Below, in pieces: positions 1-10,072 of a stretch of DNA of 50,636 bases. The stretch comes from Escherichia phage vB_EcoM_50EP. The notes beneath the pieces are model-generated. The model worked only from the letters and a program-made list of their open reading frames with translations, did not search any database and had not been told where the DNA came from. The stretch lies in sequence record OR472545.1, one strand, 5' to 3'. The position numbers were made by a program, and so were the translations under genes. The first letter of the stretch is position 1, and each line of letters begins with the position of its first letter.

Positions 1-872
1 TATCCGGCGCTGGTCGTCGTGATGGCATTGGCTTGAAGTGTCCGATCGTAATCCACGACAAGGAATCAATTGAATCCGCCAAGCGTGGCGACGCCGCAGA
101 ATTGTCGGTTGGTTACAAGACCAATGACATTCACCGCGAAGGGTGGGGAAACGTCAATACTGGCGAGTATGTTTTCAAGGATGACGCGGAAGGTATGGAG
201 GCGCAATTCCCTAACGGAACTGTCATGACTGATGAATGGGAAGAGTTCGACGTACTGCAAACGAACATCATCCCAAACCACGTTGCCAAGGTAAAGCACG
301 GGCGTGCAGGTATTGCCAGATTAAACCTTGACGGCTCAGAAGAAATTAAATATGATGAGCATGTTCAATTAACCAATGAGGAAAGTAACATGACCGTAAA
401 AATCAAAATTGATTCCGCAGAAGTGGAAGTGTCCAAAGACGTAGCTGACCACATCGGCAAACTGCAAACCGCAGCAGAGCAAGCTGGTGCTAAAGTCGAT
501 GGCCTGCAAGCTGAGCGTGATGCGCTGAAAGCAAAGGTTGACGGCATTCCGGCTCAGATCGAAGCGGCTCTGGCGGAAGCAAAGGAAAAAGCTGACGCGC
601 TGGGCGCTGTTATCGCATTAGCTTCCGGAATGGGTATCAAGTGCGACGGCCTGGACGAGAAAGCTATCAAGCTGGCAGTCATTGACGAAGTTCTCGGCAT
701 TGACGCAAAAGAAAAATCCGACGCATACATTAATCAGTCTTATGAAATCGCACGCGATTCTGATAAGATGGCTGCTCAACGCATTAAAGTGCACGGCGAC
801 AAAGCTGATGGCGCTCAAGGCGGCAAAGATGATGACGCGATTCCTGATCCGCAGGCTCGCTTCCGTAAGTAA
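1..872 (+). CDS. prohead protease/scaffolding protein, C-terminal part (5' end lies at 50378..50636; frame continues across the window junction)
   Basis: ORF open from position 3 in the same phase as 50378..50636 when end is joined to start; Ala/Lys/Glu-rich coiled-coil-like C-terminal half typical of scaffold; sits between head morphogenesis and capsid genes. Confidence 0.45.
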   Translation, partial: SGAGRRDGIGLKCPIVIHDKESIESAKRGDAAELSVGYKTNDIHREGWGNVNTGEYVFKDDAEGMEAQFPNGTVMTDEWEEFDVLQTNIIPNHVAKVKHGRAGIARLNLDGSEEIKYDEHVQLTNEESNMTVKIKIDSAEVEVSKDVADHIGKLQTAAEQAGAKVDGLQAERDALKAKVDGIPAQIEAALAEAKEKADALGAVIALASGMGIKCDGLDEKAIKLAVIDEVLGIDAKEKSDAYINQSYEIARDSDKMAAQRIKVHGDKADGAQGGKDDDAIPDPQARFRK

Positions 873-925
873 TAAAATGGCGGTCGAAAGGCCGCTTAAT
901 CTCTAAGTGAAAAAGGAAAAATATC

Positions 926-1438
926 ATGGCACTAATCAAAGCATCTTATACGGTCAACCGTTCAAAGGCATATGCTGGTCAGCTGGCTGACACTTCTCTT
1001 TACAATGTCGACGGTGCTTGCGCTGCGGCTAAATCAGTTAAGGTTGGCGTTGTTGTTGCTCTTGACCCAACCGGAAAGGTAGTCGATGGTCACAAGGTAG
1101 TAACCGACACAATCTCGGCAGAAGCACCGAATCTGGTCGGCGTCGCCATCATGTCGCACGCATACTCTCCCGAAGGGGTTTATGATGAAGGCTCAGCAAT
1201 CAACGTACTGACCAACGGTCGCGCATGGGTACTATGTGCTAAAGACCTGCCGGAAGTTAACAAGGAGTTTAACAAGCAGGTTTTCCTGACAACCTCAGGC
1301 ACTGTGGCGGCAACTGGTATTGGCACCGCGTACACCACTACTGGCGAATGGTTGAAGACTGATGATGAGAACTTCGACATTATCAAAATCCAGGTTACTC
1401 AAGCTCAATTCCAGCTTCCGGCAAGTCCGGCAGCTTAA
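926..1438 (+). CDS. putative head decoration/structural protein
   Basis: 170-aa ORF between scaffold and major capsid genes, followed by strong terminator; position analogous to lambda D. Confidence 0.3.
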   Translation: MALIKASYTVNRSKAYAGQLADTSLYNVDGACAAAKSVKVGVVVALDPTGKVVDGHKVVTDTISAEAPNLVGVAIMSHAYSPEGVYDEGSAINVLTNGRAWVLCAKDLPEVNKEFNKQVFLTTSGTVAATGIGTAYTTTGEWLKTDDENFDIIKIQVTQAQFQLPASPAA

Positions 1439-1454
1439 TAGCTGAACCATAATA

Positions 1455-1479
1455 GGGAGCCGAAAGGCTCCTTTTTTAT
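1455..1479 (+). terminator. rho-independent terminator (GGGAGCCGAAAGGCTCC + T-run)
   Basis: GC hairpin followed by TTTTTT; same hairpin core recurs at 30143. Confidence 0.6.
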
Positions 1480-1516
1480 TGCCAGGAATAGCTCAAGCGC
1501 TTAACACAAAAAGCTG

Positions 1517-1548
1517 TTGACCGTTTAACAAAAAGTGCTATTATAGAG
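1517..1548 (+). promoter_or_regulatory. sigma70-like promoter (-35 TTGACC) with inverted copy of the 18-bp TAGCAC box between -35 and -10
   Basis: TTGACC at 1517-1522, box reverse complement at 1523-1540, TTATAGA after it; upstream of major capsid gene. Confidence 0.4.
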
Positions 1549-1591
1549 CCGTGAACTTAATCACGTCTTTCTAAACCAAAAGGAACAAATT

Positions 1592-2545
1592 ATGACTATG
1601 AAACTCGACTCTTTCGAACAGAACATGATCACTACTGGTATGCGCCAGCTTGGCGTTAGCGGCAACAAGGCCGACCAGCTTGGCATCTGGACCGTTAAAC
1701 AGATGACTCAGTTGCTTAAGCGTCAGTATGAAGCGGCTTACCCTGAAACTTCCGCTCTGGCTCTGTTCCCTGTCACTACTGAGATTAGCCCGACCGCTAA
1801 CCTGTTCGAATATCTCAAGTTTGACGGCGTGACCATGGCGAAGATTATCGCTGACTACACCGACGACCTGCCGACTGTTGACGCTACTCACAGTCTGGAA
1901 TCTGGTCGAGTTCACCGCCTCGGTAACGCGTGGCTGATTTCTATCGACGAGATCAAAACTGGTGCAGCGCTGGGTTCAAGTTTGTCAGATCGTAAAGCGA
2001 CTCTGGCGCGTGAAGGTCACGAAACACTTGTTAACCAGTTGGTTTTCAAAGGCTCCAAGCCTCACAAAATCATCTCTGTTTTCGACCATCCGAACATTAC
2101 CCGCGTAACCTCTGCCACTGGTGCATGGGCTGACGCAGAGAAAGCAAGCGAAGAACTGACCGACCTGATCGAGAAGATGGAAACCCTGACCAATGGTCAG
2201 CACAAGATCACCGACATCGTAATCCCGCCGTCTCAGCGTAAATTGCTCGCTAAGCGTATGCCGGAAACCACGATGAGCTATCTGGACTGGTTCAAGTCTC
2301 AGAACGGTGGCATCACCATCTCTTCCATCTCCGAACTGGAAGACATCGACGGCGCAGGCACTAAAGCTGTTCTGGCATATGAGAAAGACCCAATGAACAT
2401 GAGTATCGAGATTCCAGAATCTTTCAACATGCTCCCGATGCAGGCGAAGGATTTGCACTTTAAAGTTCCGTGCACCTCCAAGACCACTGGTCTGATCGTA
2501 TATCGCCCACTGACGATTATCATGCTGGTTGGCGTAGGTAAGTAA
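1592..2545 (+). CDS. major capsid protein
   Basis: 317-aa ORF with strong RBS and promoter, position after scaffold/decoration genes, followed by terminator. Confidence 0.6.
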   Translation: MTMKLDSFEQNMITTGMRQLGVSGNKADQLGIWTVKQMTQLLKRQYEAAYPETSALALFPVTTEISPTANLFEYLKFDGVTMAKIIADYTDDLPTVDATHSLESGRVHRLGNAWLISIDEIKTGAALGSSLSDRKATLAREGHETLVNQLVFKGSKPHKIISVFDHPNITRVTSATGAWADAEKASEELTDLIEKMETLTNGQHKITDIVIPPSQRKLLAKRMPETTMSYLDWFKSQNGGITISSISELEDIDGAGTKAVLAYEKDPMNMSIEIPESFNMLPMQAKDLHFKVPCTSKTTGLIVYRPLTIIMLVGVGK

Positions 2546-2550
2546 GGCAA

Positions 2551-2582
2551 AGCTCCTGATTAACGTCAGGGGCTTTTTTTAT
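2551..2582 (+). terminator. rho-independent terminator
   Basis: AGCTCCTGATTAACGTCAGGGGCT hairpin followed by T7. Confidence 0.6.
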
Positions 2583-2610
2583 TGACATGCAACATCAAAA
2601 CAATTACATT
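2583..2610 (+). promoter_or_regulatory. sigma70-like promoter (TTGACA-16bp-TACATT)
   Basis: consensus -35 TTGACA at 2583-2588, -10-like TACATT at 2605-2610. Confidence 0.4.
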
Positions 2611-2656
2611 GAACACCTAGGCAACACACTCGTTAAACTAATCAAAGGAAATAAAC

Positions 2657-2929
2657 ATGGCTAAGAAAAACGTCATTAAGAACATCGGCGCTTGCTTGGT
2701 TCGCATCGAAAAGCAAGACATGAAACCTGACGACACTCTGGAAGTAACAGAAGAACAAATCAAATCTCAGGCGTTAAAATACCTGTTCTTGCGCAAAGAC
2801 ATTGAGTTCGAAGATGATCCGAAGCGCACACGTGAGTACATCGCCGAAATCAAAAAGGCCGCGAAGGTTAAGCCGGAAAAAGAAGTAAAAGATATTGAAG
2901 ATCTTGAAACTGGCAAGGAATACAAATAA
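2657..2929 (+). CDS. hypothetical Lys/Glu-rich protein
   Basis: 90-aa ORF with RBS, flanked by terminators. Confidence 0.4.
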   Translation: MAKKNVIKNIGACLVRIEKQDMKPDDTLEVTEEQIKSQALKYLFLRKDIEFEDDPKRTREYIAEIKKAAKVKPEKEVKDIEDLETGKEYK

Positions 2930-2934
2930 CCTAT

Positions 2935-2962
2935 AGGGGCGCTGATGCGTCCCTTTTTTTTA
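2935..2962 (+). terminator. rho-independent terminator
   Basis: GGGGCGC-TGAT-GCGTCCC hairpin followed by T8. Confidence 0.6.
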
Positions 2963-2978
2963 ACATGAGGAAGCTACT

Positions 2979-3392
2979 ATGAATGAAGATCAGATTAAGG
3001 CGTTCGAATTTATGTGCCAGCTGGCCCCAGCATTACGAAAGGTTGATAGCGTCACCTTCCTAGCTTGGATGATGCTGGCTGAGTCATTCGTGTGCAAGAA
3101 CAAATTCGGCGCTGATTATTACAAAGCGCTGGCCCTGTATACCATGCACTTGATGTTTTTGGATGGTGCAATGAAGGGAGAGAATGAAAGTCTGGAGAAC
3201 TACTCACGGCGAGTAACGTCATTCTCCCTGAGCGGTGAATTTTCGACTGGCTACGGTTCTGTAACTCAGAACACTGATGGGCGTCAGGTTACACAAACCC
3301 CATGGGGCAAAATGTACGACGTTCTCAACAAGAAGAAAGGCGGCGGCTTCGGCCTTATCTCTGGTATTCGGGCGCGGGGGTGTGTGCGATGA
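2979..3392 (+). CDS. putative head-tail connector/adaptor protein
   Basis: 137-aa ORF in head-to-tail joining region; ATGA overlap with next gene. Confidence 0.3.
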   Translation: MNEDQIKAFEFMCQLAPALRKVDSVTFLAWMMLAESFVCKNKFGADYYKALALYTMHLMFLDGAMKGENESLENYSRRVTSFSLSGEFSTGYGSVTQNTDGRQVTQTPWGKMYDVLNKKKGGGFGLISGIRARGCVR

Positions 3393-3769
3393 TTGATTAT
3401 AACGAAGTCCAAAGGCTTACCGATCAGGGGATTAATGCCTTCTCTGGAAACGATGAGGTCGGATTCGACATCATCATCACTGGTGGCGGCGTCCAAATGG
3501 TTGACGGTGAAGAGGTGAAAGTGCCGGAGGTTCGAGGTAAAGTGTTCGGCGCTGTGAGAGCGATCAACTATCACATGATTGATGGCGAATCTATCAAGCT
3601 GGGAGACAAGCGTGCGTTCTTCTCTAACGTTACACCGATTGAGAATGGGATGATTATCATCCTTGAGGGCCAGCACTGGCGAGTCGTTGACAATCGACCA
3701 GTTAACCCGACTCAATCTCACGTTATCGCATACCGTCCGATCTTGCGTAAGGTGGCGGCACATGGCTAA
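3389..3769 (+). CDS. putative head-tail joining protein
   Basis: start ATG at 3389 overlaps upstream stop (ATGA); track ORF 3302 N-terminal extension rejected. Confidence 0.3.
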   Translation: MIDYNEVQRLTDQGINAFSGNDEVGFDIIITGGGVQMVDGEEVKVPEVRGKVFGAVRAINYHMIDGESIKLGDKRAFFSNVTPIENGMIIILEGQHWRVVDNRPVNPTQSHVIAYRPILRKVAAHG

Positions 3770-4205
3770 CTATATCGTCAGGAAATTCCATGGCGATATA
3801 GAGAAGTGGATTAAGCAGGTTAAATCGGGCCTTGATGACGTTATTCGTGAGTTCGTCAAGGCTGTACACGCCGATTTAGTTAAAGGCTCTCCAGTCGATA
3901 CAGGGCGATTTAGAGCTAACTGGCAGATAACCTATAACCACATCCCAATGTACGCGCTGAATGAGTATGACAAAACGGGTGACAAAACCATCGCCGCAGG
4001 TATACGAACAGCTAACGCATTGCCGTTAGGTCGTGGCGGCGCGGTAACTACCATCTATTTTTCTAACATGCTGATCTATGCAAATGCTCTGGAGTACGGA
4101 CATTCACAGCAAGCTCCCGCTGGCGTGCTTGGCCTGGTGGCTATCCGGTTGAGATCTTACATGGCAGAAGCAATTATTGAATCAAGGAATAAAAATGGTT
4201 TATGA
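3762..4205 (+). CDS. putative tail completion/minor tail protein
   Basis: internal ATG 3762 overlapping upstream stop; gene position. Confidence 0.3.
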   Translation: MANYIVRKFHGDIEKWIKQVKSGLDDVIREFVKAVHADLVKGSPVDTGRFRANWQITYNHIPMYALNEYDKTGDKTIAAGIRTANALPLGRGGAVTTIYFSNMLIYANALEYGHSQQAPAGVLGLVAIRLRSYMAEAIIESRNKNGL

Positions 4206-4596
4206 CGATTATGACCTGGCGGTCGCGGCGCGTAAGGCGCTACATGGTGAGTTCGGAAGTCGATTCCCTATCATGTATGAGAACGTAGCGTTCACTGAGC
4301 CTGACGATGGCTCTACGTGGTTGAAGTTTGATTACATTCCGGCAGAGAAGACGTACAAATCTTTGAGCCGGAAGTGTATCAGGATTCGTGGCCTTGTCCA
4401 AATTGGCATTGTTTTTTCGCCTGATACTGGCATGGATGACGCGCGCAAGCTCGCAAAAGAAATTGCTAATTTCTTCGAAGATGGTAAAATCCTTTCTGTA
4501 GGTTTTATTTTTGAAGGCGCGAGCCAAAAGCCCGTGCAGAAATCCCAAAGAGGCTGGTTAATTCCAATCCGCTTCACAGTACAATACGACGAATAA
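4195..4596 (+). CDS. putative tail terminator-like protein
   Basis: ATG 4195 with AAGGAA RBS; overlaps upstream stop; position just before major tail gene. Confidence 0.3.
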   Translation: MVYDDYDLAVAARKALHGEFGSRFPIMYENVAFTEPDDGSTWLKFDYIPAEKTYKSLSRKCIRIRGLVQIGIVFSPDTGMDDARKLAKEIANFFEDGKILSVGFIFEGASQKPVQKSQRGWLIPIRFTVQYDE

Positions 4597-4609
4597 AGGA
4601 GCATTAACT

Positions 4610-5281
4610 ATGGCACTTCCTAACGGTTCCCAAATCTTTATTGAGCAGACCCGATCCGCTACTGAAATTGACGCAAGCAAAGTAAGCAACGCGGATGATC
4701 CGGTAGCAACTGTTACATCGACTACTGGCATTGTGAAAGGCGATTACGTCCTGGTGCTGGAAAGCGTATGGGCTGCATTTAAAAACCGCGTAATGCGCGT
4801 AAAAGAAGTGGTTAGCGACACATCAATCACGCTTGAAGGCGACAAGAACACTTCCACGGCTGACCTTAACAAGTTCCCCGCTGGCGGAGCCTCCACCTTC
4901 GTTAAGATCGAAAGCTGGATTGAGATTCCATGCGTGAGCGACATCGCAAAATCTGGTGGCGAGCAGCAGTTCTATACCAAGCAGTGTCTTTCAGATGACC
5001 GTGAAAAGCAGATCCCGACCTTTAAATCTGCGACGTCCATCGCGTATACGTTCGACTTCGACTACTCCAACCCAATCACGCAGCTTCTGATTGGTTACGA
5101 CGAAGACGGCAAGACGCGCGCTATGCGAATGTTTGTACCGAAGGCAAGCTATCCGATCCGCACCTTCTCTGGTACGCCATCTTTCGATGACATCCCTAAC
5201 ACGGTGATGAACGAAGATGAAACGACCATCCTGACCATCTCGCTTGATGGCAAATACACGCACATGAAAGAATCTGAGTAA
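4610..5281 (+). CDS. major tail protein
   Basis: 223-aa ORF with AAGGAG RBS, directly upstream of the chaperone/frameshift pair and tape measure; terminator downstream. Confidence 0.5.
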   Translation: MALPNGSQIFIEQTRSATEIDASKVSNADDPVATVTSTTGIVKGDYVLVLESVWAAFKNRVMRVKEVVSDTSITLEGDKNTSTADLNKFPAGGASTFVKIESWIEIPCVSDIAKSGGEQQFYTKQCLSDDREKQIPTFKSATSIAYTFDFDYSNPITQLLIGYDEDGKTRAMRMFVPKASYPIRTFSGTPSFDDIPNTVMNEDETTILTISLDGKYTHMKESE

Positions 5282-5286
5282 TGCAA

Positions 5287-5308
5287 GGGGGCTATTGCCC
5301 CCTTTTTC
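5287..5308 (+). terminator. rho-independent terminator
   Basis: GGGGGC-TATT-GCCCCC hairpin + T-run. Confidence 0.6.
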
Positions 5309-5353
5309 TATTTGTGATTTAATATCACCAATTCAAACAAAGAGGAAAAAACC

Positions 5354-5671
5354 ATGAGCTTTAAAGTAACCCTATCTGAACGCCTGCCAGACTTCCCGCT
5401 TCCGGTTAAATTCGTATTGCCGAACGGCGTTGAAGCTTCGTTTTCATTCACTGTCAAGGCGCTAACGTCATCCGAACTTAACGCCACGCTGAAAAATGCA
5501 GAAAAACAGACTGGCGCTCAGTTTGTAAAATCCCTGGCTAGCGGGTGGGAACTTGAGGACGAGTTCAATGATGAAAACATCAATAAGCTTGTTGATAGTT
5601 ACCCTGCCGTTGTTGGTGGCCTGATCTCAACCTACACTCAAGCGCTGGCTGGCTACCGAGTAAAAAACTAA
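5354..5671 (+). CDS. tail assembly chaperone (lambda G-like)
   Basis: 105-aa ORF immediately upstream of tape measure, ends in slippery A_AAA_AAC. Confidence 0.55.
   Translation: MSFKVTLSERLPDFPLPVKFVLPNGVEASFSFTVKALTSSELNATLKNAEKQTGAQFVKSLASGWELEDEFNDENINKLVDSYPAVVGGLISTYTQALAGYRVKN
5662..5668 (+). other. programmed -1 ribosomal frameshift slippery heptamer A_AAA_AAC
   Basis: heptamer in zero frame two codons before the G-like stop; -1 frame stays open from 5644 to 5982. Confidence 0.5.
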
Positions 5672-5982
5672 AACGGGCGGTCGAGCTATTATTCAGGCGA
5701 GCGCCCACCGACTCAGAGCTTGAGGCATACGGATTAACCCGTGAAGACTACGACAACGAAGAGCCGGAGATATTGCAGTTCGACGAGGAAACATACCAGT
5801 CATGGGAAGTATTCACCGCGATGCAAACGCAATGGAGATCTGCCGGAGCCGGAGCCTACGGGCTTGATTATAATGTCTTGCCTATGCTATTTCGAATCTA
5901 TAAAATAGATTGTGAAGAAATGGCCTTAAATGATGTGCGTGTGATGGAAGCGGAAGCGCTTAAGCAGATGCACAAAAAATAA
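5668..5982 (+). CDS. T-like extension of tail assembly chaperone (G-T fusion via -1 frameshift)
   Basis: -1 frame relative to 5354..5671 has no stop between slip site and 5982; no independent ATG or RBS (track ORF begins with TTG). Confidence 0.45.
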   Translation, partial: LKRAVELLFRRAPTDSELEAYGLTREDYDNEEPEILQFDEETYQSWEVFTAMQTQWRSAGAGAYGLDYNVLPMLFRIYKIDCEEMALNDVRVMEAEALKQMHKK

Positions 5983-5983
5983 T

Positions 5984-6006
5984 AGCGCCTACGGGCGCTT
6001 TTTTCG
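5984..6006 (+). terminator. rho-independent terminator
   Basis: AGCGCC-TACG-GGCGCT + T6. Confidence 0.55.
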
Positions 6007-6018
6007 TATGGGGGTTTT

Positions 6019-8931
6019 ATGACAGATAAATTTGCAGGGCTATCGCTTGGGGTTGACGTATCCCAGGTTGATGCGGCGGTTAAATCTCTGGATGACTTAT
6101 CCAGGGCGAACAACACAGCCGGAAAGAGCTTTGACAATTTCATTGATGCTGAGCAAGTAGCAAAGCAGAAGATGAAAGAGTTCAACAACGAGGTTAAGCG
6201 CCAGAAGAAAGAATTTGCCGACGTAGAGAAAGCCATTGATCCTACAATCGGAAAAATGCGCCAGTTGCAGAAGGCGAGCGTTGACCTGGATAACCTCTGG
6301 AGTAAAGGCCTCGTTCCAGACGCCGAGTTCTTCAATCTGTCAAGCATGATTGAAACTCAGATCAATGCGCTTAACCGATCCAAGATGGCGCTGACCGAAG
6401 AAGGCCGTGCGGCTATGGCTAACTCAAAAGCCAAAGAGGCGGCAACAAAGGACGCTGACAGGTTCCTTAAATCACTGCAAGAACAAGCTAACGCTGCGAC
6501 AATGACCAAGACTGAGCTTCTCGAATTGAAGGCGGCACAGCTTGGCGTATCGACTCAGGCCGCACCTTTAATTGCAGCGATGAACAAGCAGACTGTAGCG
6601 ACAAATGCGGCTGGCCTTTCCGCTGGCGAGTACAAGAACGCGCTGCGCATCTTGCCAATGCAGATCACTGACGTTGTTACCTCCCTTGCTTCCGGTATGC
6701 CTGTATGGCTGGTTGCAATCCAGCAGGGCGGGCAGATCAAGGATTCGTTCGGCGGTGTTGGGAATACGTTTAAAGTTTTGCTTTCTTACCTTAATCCGGT
6801 AACGGTTGGTATGGGCGCTATGGGTATCGCACTTGCTGGCCTTGCTAAAGCTGGTTACGACTCCTACCGCTCCATCACAGATATGAAAAACGCCTTGATT
6901 GAGACTGGCGGATTTGCAGCGGCGAGCGCGGCGGACCTTGACCAGATCGCAAACAAAATTGCAGACACCAGCAACGCGACTATCGGATCTGTGCGAGAAA
7001 TTGCCACTGAGCTTGCAAAAAGCGGTAAGTACACTCAGGACCAAATCAGGAATATCACCCGCGCCACCGCTGAATGGTCAGCCGCAACGGGCCGAGCTAC
7101 GAGCGACATTATCAGTGACTTTGGCAAGATTGCAGATGATCCGGTGAAAGGGCTTGCGAAGCTGAATGAGCAATACAACTTCCTGGAGAAAGGCCAACTG
7201 ACCTATATCAACGGGATTGTTAAAACCAAGGGCGAAACCGAAGCCGTGACGGAGGCGACCAAGCTGTTTGCTGACACCATGGAAGAACGCATGAGCAAGA
7301 TTGCAGGTACTGCAACGCCGCTTGAGAAAATGTGGACCGACATTAAGAAATGGTCATCCGACGCCTGGGGGTGGGTTGGCGATCATACGCTTGGTGCTCT
7401 AAACCTCATAATTGACGTGGTTAGCGGTACGGTGATTCAGGTAAAAATGATTCTCGCCAAAGGTGACGAGTACATTTCTAACTTTATTGCCTCAGCAATC
7501 AAGGCAACGCAAAGCCTGCCTGGTATGAGTGATTTCGGTAAGGATATTCTCAACGAACAGCAGACTATCGTTAAGAACTCCAAAGACACCTATGACAGCC
7601 TCGCAAAAGATCTGGACGTGATTAACGCGCGAGTAGAAAAGGGCGAAATGGGTTACATCAACGCTCTCAAGAACCGACGCGATATGGAGAAGCAATACAG
7701 CAAGGAGACAAAGGAGGCTGTAGAGAAGGAAGCAAAAGCCATTGAAGAGCAGAACAGGAAGAAAACTAAGAGAAGCGGCGCAGTAACCAAGGGCGCTACG
7801 GAACAGCTTGATAAAGAACTTTACGTTCTCAAAGCTCAGCTTAAAGTTTTAGAAGATCACAAGTCGATTAACGACAAGATCTCAACACAGCGCCGTGCTT
7901 TGTGGGCTACAGAGGCTCAGATTTCAATCCTCCAGGATGCACAGAGTAAGCGCAAGCTGACCAACGAGGAAAAAGCATTGCTAGCCAGTCAGCAAAAGGT
8001 GCTTTCGTTAGCGAAGGAGAAAGCAGAGCTTGGTGATCAGATTGTTAAGCAGGAGCAGATCAACAAACTGAATGACGAATCAATGAAGTTCATCATGCAA
8101 ATTGACGCAGCGAGCAAAAGCCTTAACGCCACGCGCGCCATGGGTACACTTGAGGCAGAACGCCAGATTCAGCTTGAGAAGATCCGAGCGGATTACATGT
8201 CTAAGGGCGGCGGTCAGGATGATGAAGCTCTCAAGAAAATGATTGACAAGCAGAACGAGTATTACGCCAACGAGGATGAGAAGCGCGGAGACTGGCTTGC
8301 AGGCGCGCAACGTGCATTTGAAGACTACGGCGAAAGCGCAACGGATATGTACACCAACGTAGGCAACATCGCAGCTAACGCCCTGAACGGTTTGTCTGAC
8401 ATGATGACTGAGTTCTTGATGACGGGCCAGGCCAACTTTGCCGACTTTGCAAAGAGTATTATCAGCCAGATTATTAAGATGATCACGCAGATGGTAATCT
8501 TTAACTCACTGTCAGGTATGATGGGCGGTGGCAGCGGTAAGGGGTTCTCCTTCGCTAACTCAGGATGGTTCGCCACTGGCGGATATACCGGAGACGGCGG
8601 AAAGTATGAGCCAGCGGGCACAGTTCATAAAGGTGAATTTGTCATGACCAAGGAAGCTACCAAGCGAATTGGAGTCGATAACCTTTATCGAATGATGCGC
8701 GGTTATGCGAATGGTGGGATGGTTGGTGGAACTTCAAGCGGTGGCGGCGGTGGCGGCGCAATCATGGCTGGCGGAGTGACAATCGGAAGCATCCCTGTTA
8801 GCATCAATAACGGAAGCGATCCGAAGGGCATGGAGCAGGGCGTGAAAATGATTTTTAAGCAAATGATTCAGGAATCATGTTCCCAGGGTGGCGAAGTTTA
8901 CAATTACATCAACGGAAAAGCAGGAGCGTAA
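6019..8931 (+). CDS. tail tape measure protein
   Basis: 970 aa, coiled-coil-rich, Gly-rich C-terminus, located after G/GT pair. Confidence 0.8.
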   Translation: MTDKFAGLSLGVDVSQVDAAVKSLDDLSRANNTAGKSFDNFIDAEQVAKQKMKEFNNEVKRQKKEFADVEKAIDPTIGKMRQLQKASVDLDNLWSKGLVPDAEFFNLSSMIETQINALNRSKMALTEEGRAAMANSKAKEAATKDADRFLKSLQEQANAATMTKTELLELKAAQLGVSTQAAPLIAAMNKQTVATNAAGLSAGEYKNALRILPMQITDVVTSLASGMPVWLVAIQQGGQIKDSFGGVGNTFKVLLSYLNPVTVGMGAMGIALAGLAKAGYDSYRSITDMKNALIETGGFAAASAADLDQIANKIADTSNATIGSVREIATELAKSGKYTQDQIRNITRATAEWSAATGRATSDIISDFGKIADDPVKGLAKLNEQYNFLEKGQLTYINGIVKTKGETEAVTEATKLFADTMEERMSKIAGTATPLEKMWTDIKKWSSDAWGWVGDHTLGALNLIIDVVSGTVIQVKMILAKGDEYISNFIASAIKATQSLPGMSDFGKDILNEQQTIVKNSKDTYDSLAKDLDVINARVEKGEMGYINALKNRRDMEKQYSKETKEAVEKEAKAIEEQNRKKTKRSGAVTKGATEQLDKELYVLKAQLKVLEDHKSINDKISTQRRALWATEAQISILQDAQSKRKLTNEEKALLASQQKVLSLAKEKAELGDQIVKQEQINKLNDESMKFIMQIDAASKSLNATRAMGTLEAERQIQLEKIRADYMSKGGGQDDEALKKMIDKQNEYYANEDEKRGDWLAGAQRAFEDYGESATDMYTNVGNIAANALNGLSDMMTEFLMTGQANFADFAKSIISQIIKMITQMVIFNSLSGMMGGGSGKGFSFANSGWFATGGYTGDGGKYEPAGTVHKGEFVMTKEATKRIGVDNLYRMMRGYANGGMVGGTSSGGGGGGAIMAGGVTIGSIPVSINNGSDPKGMEQGVKMIFKQMIQESCSQGGEVYNYINGKAGA

Positions 8932-8934
8932 TAA

Positions 8935-9282
8935 ATGGCCCTAGACGTTTTCAAGTGGTGCGTACAGGTTCAGGATGGTGGCGGTGTAATGACCGTCACC
9001 AACAATGACAGGCAGGTGCAGTTTGGTAATGGATTCCGCCAGGTTGCATCGTCTGGCTATAACACTGAGCGACGAGAGTACGCGATCAGTTATATCGGCA
9101 AGGACTGGAAAGAGGTGCGCGAATTTTTGCGATCGCACAGACTGAAAGCCTTTGCTTTTACCCCACCGGAGGACAAGATCGGCGTCTTCCTATTGAAGCC
9201 TGACACGCTGAATACTCAGCCAATCGGTCGTGGTCTTCTTGTCGTAAAATGCACCATTGTAGAAGCCTTCACAGCGGTGTAG
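8935..9282 (+). CDS. minor tail protein (lambda gpM-like)
   Basis: 115 aa directly after tape measure; conserved M-L-K-I-J order. Confidence 0.55.
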   Translation: MALDVFKWCVQVQDGGGVMTVTNNDRQVQFGNGFRQVASSGYNTERREYAISYIGKDWKEVREFLRSHRLKAFAFTPPEDKIGVFLLKPDTLNTQPIGRGLLVVKCTIVEAFTAV

Positions 9283-9287
9283 AATAA

Positions 9288-9310
9288 AGCCTCCTAACGG
9301 GGGCTTTTTT
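9288..9310 (+). terminator. rho-independent terminator
   Basis: AGCCTCC-TAAC-GGGGGCT + T6. Confidence 0.5.
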
Positions 9311-9325
9311 ATTGGAGGTAATCAC

Positions 9326-10072
9326 ATGACACCTAAATTTGAAAACGTATTGCAGGGGCTATTCCCTGGTGAGATCATGACGCTAATCGACGTTGACGGC
9401 ACGAAGTTCGGAGCAGACGTCTACCGGTTCCACAATGAGAACATCCAGTTTACGCCGGAGGAGATTCTCGCAGCCACGCAGCCAGGCGGTAGCCTTCAGC
9501 CAAAAACAATCACCTTTCAGGGGAATGAATATGGCGCTCGTCCTTTCGGCATATCAGGCATTGACCTAAACGGTAACGGAAAGGCAGGAAAACCACAGTT
9601 AACCTTATCCAACCTTGACAGCAGAGTATCGGCCCTTATCCGGTCCTACAACGGCATGATGCAGGCCAAGGTGACTATCTGGATAACCTCACGCGAAATG
9701 CTAGGCAGCACAGGTAACGTTGCGGCTGGTGACTTCCGAAAATACGTTTACTACGTTGAACGACCGAACTTTGTGGATCAGAACCTTGCGCGATTCGACC
9801 TGACATCACCATACGATATGGATGGCATTATGATCCCGCCGCGAGTTACTCAGAGTGTTTGCTTTTGGGCGCAGCGTGGATGGTATCGGAGCGGACGCGG
9901 TTGCGGTTATAATGGAGGCCGGATGTTTGACAAAGACAACAATCCAGTAACTGATCCATCACAGGACGTATGCGCAGGAACGGTAACTGCCTGCAAATTA
10001 CGATTTGGCGACAAAAATGAATTAGATTTCGGCGGCTGCGCGGTCGCATCACTTGACAGGAAAAACCAATGA
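9326..10072 (+). CDS. minor tail protein (lambda gpL-like) with C-terminal Cys cluster
   Basis: 248 aa; C-terminal cysteines (CFWAQ...CGYNGG...CAGTVTAC...GGC) as in gpL Fe-S region. Confidence 0.6.
   Translation: MTPKFENVLQGLFPGEIMTLIDVDGTKFGADVYRFHNENIQFTPEEILAATQPGGSLQPKTITFQGNEYGARPFGISGIDLNGNGKAGKPQLTLSNLDSRVSALIRSYNGMMQAKVTIWITSREMLGSTGNVAAGDFRKYVYYVERPNFVDQNLARFDLTSPYDMDGIMIPPRVTQSVCFWAQRGWYRSGRGCGYNGGRMFDKDNNPVTDPSQDVCAGTVTACKLRFGDKNELDFGGCAVASLDRKNQ

Noticed and set aside
3302-3388. N-terminal extensions of several track ORFs (3302, 3663, 26914, 37301, 39892, 40615, 45156)
   Set aside because: Extensions overlap the preceding gene extensively; internal ATGs with RBS and ATGA-type coupling give a compact, non-overlapping gene map.
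8680-8790. Gly-rich stretch ([14 protein letters not shown]) in the tape measure C-terminus as a separate repeat element
   Set aside because: It is in frame within the tape measure protein and typical of tape-measure C-terminal regions; not an independent feature.
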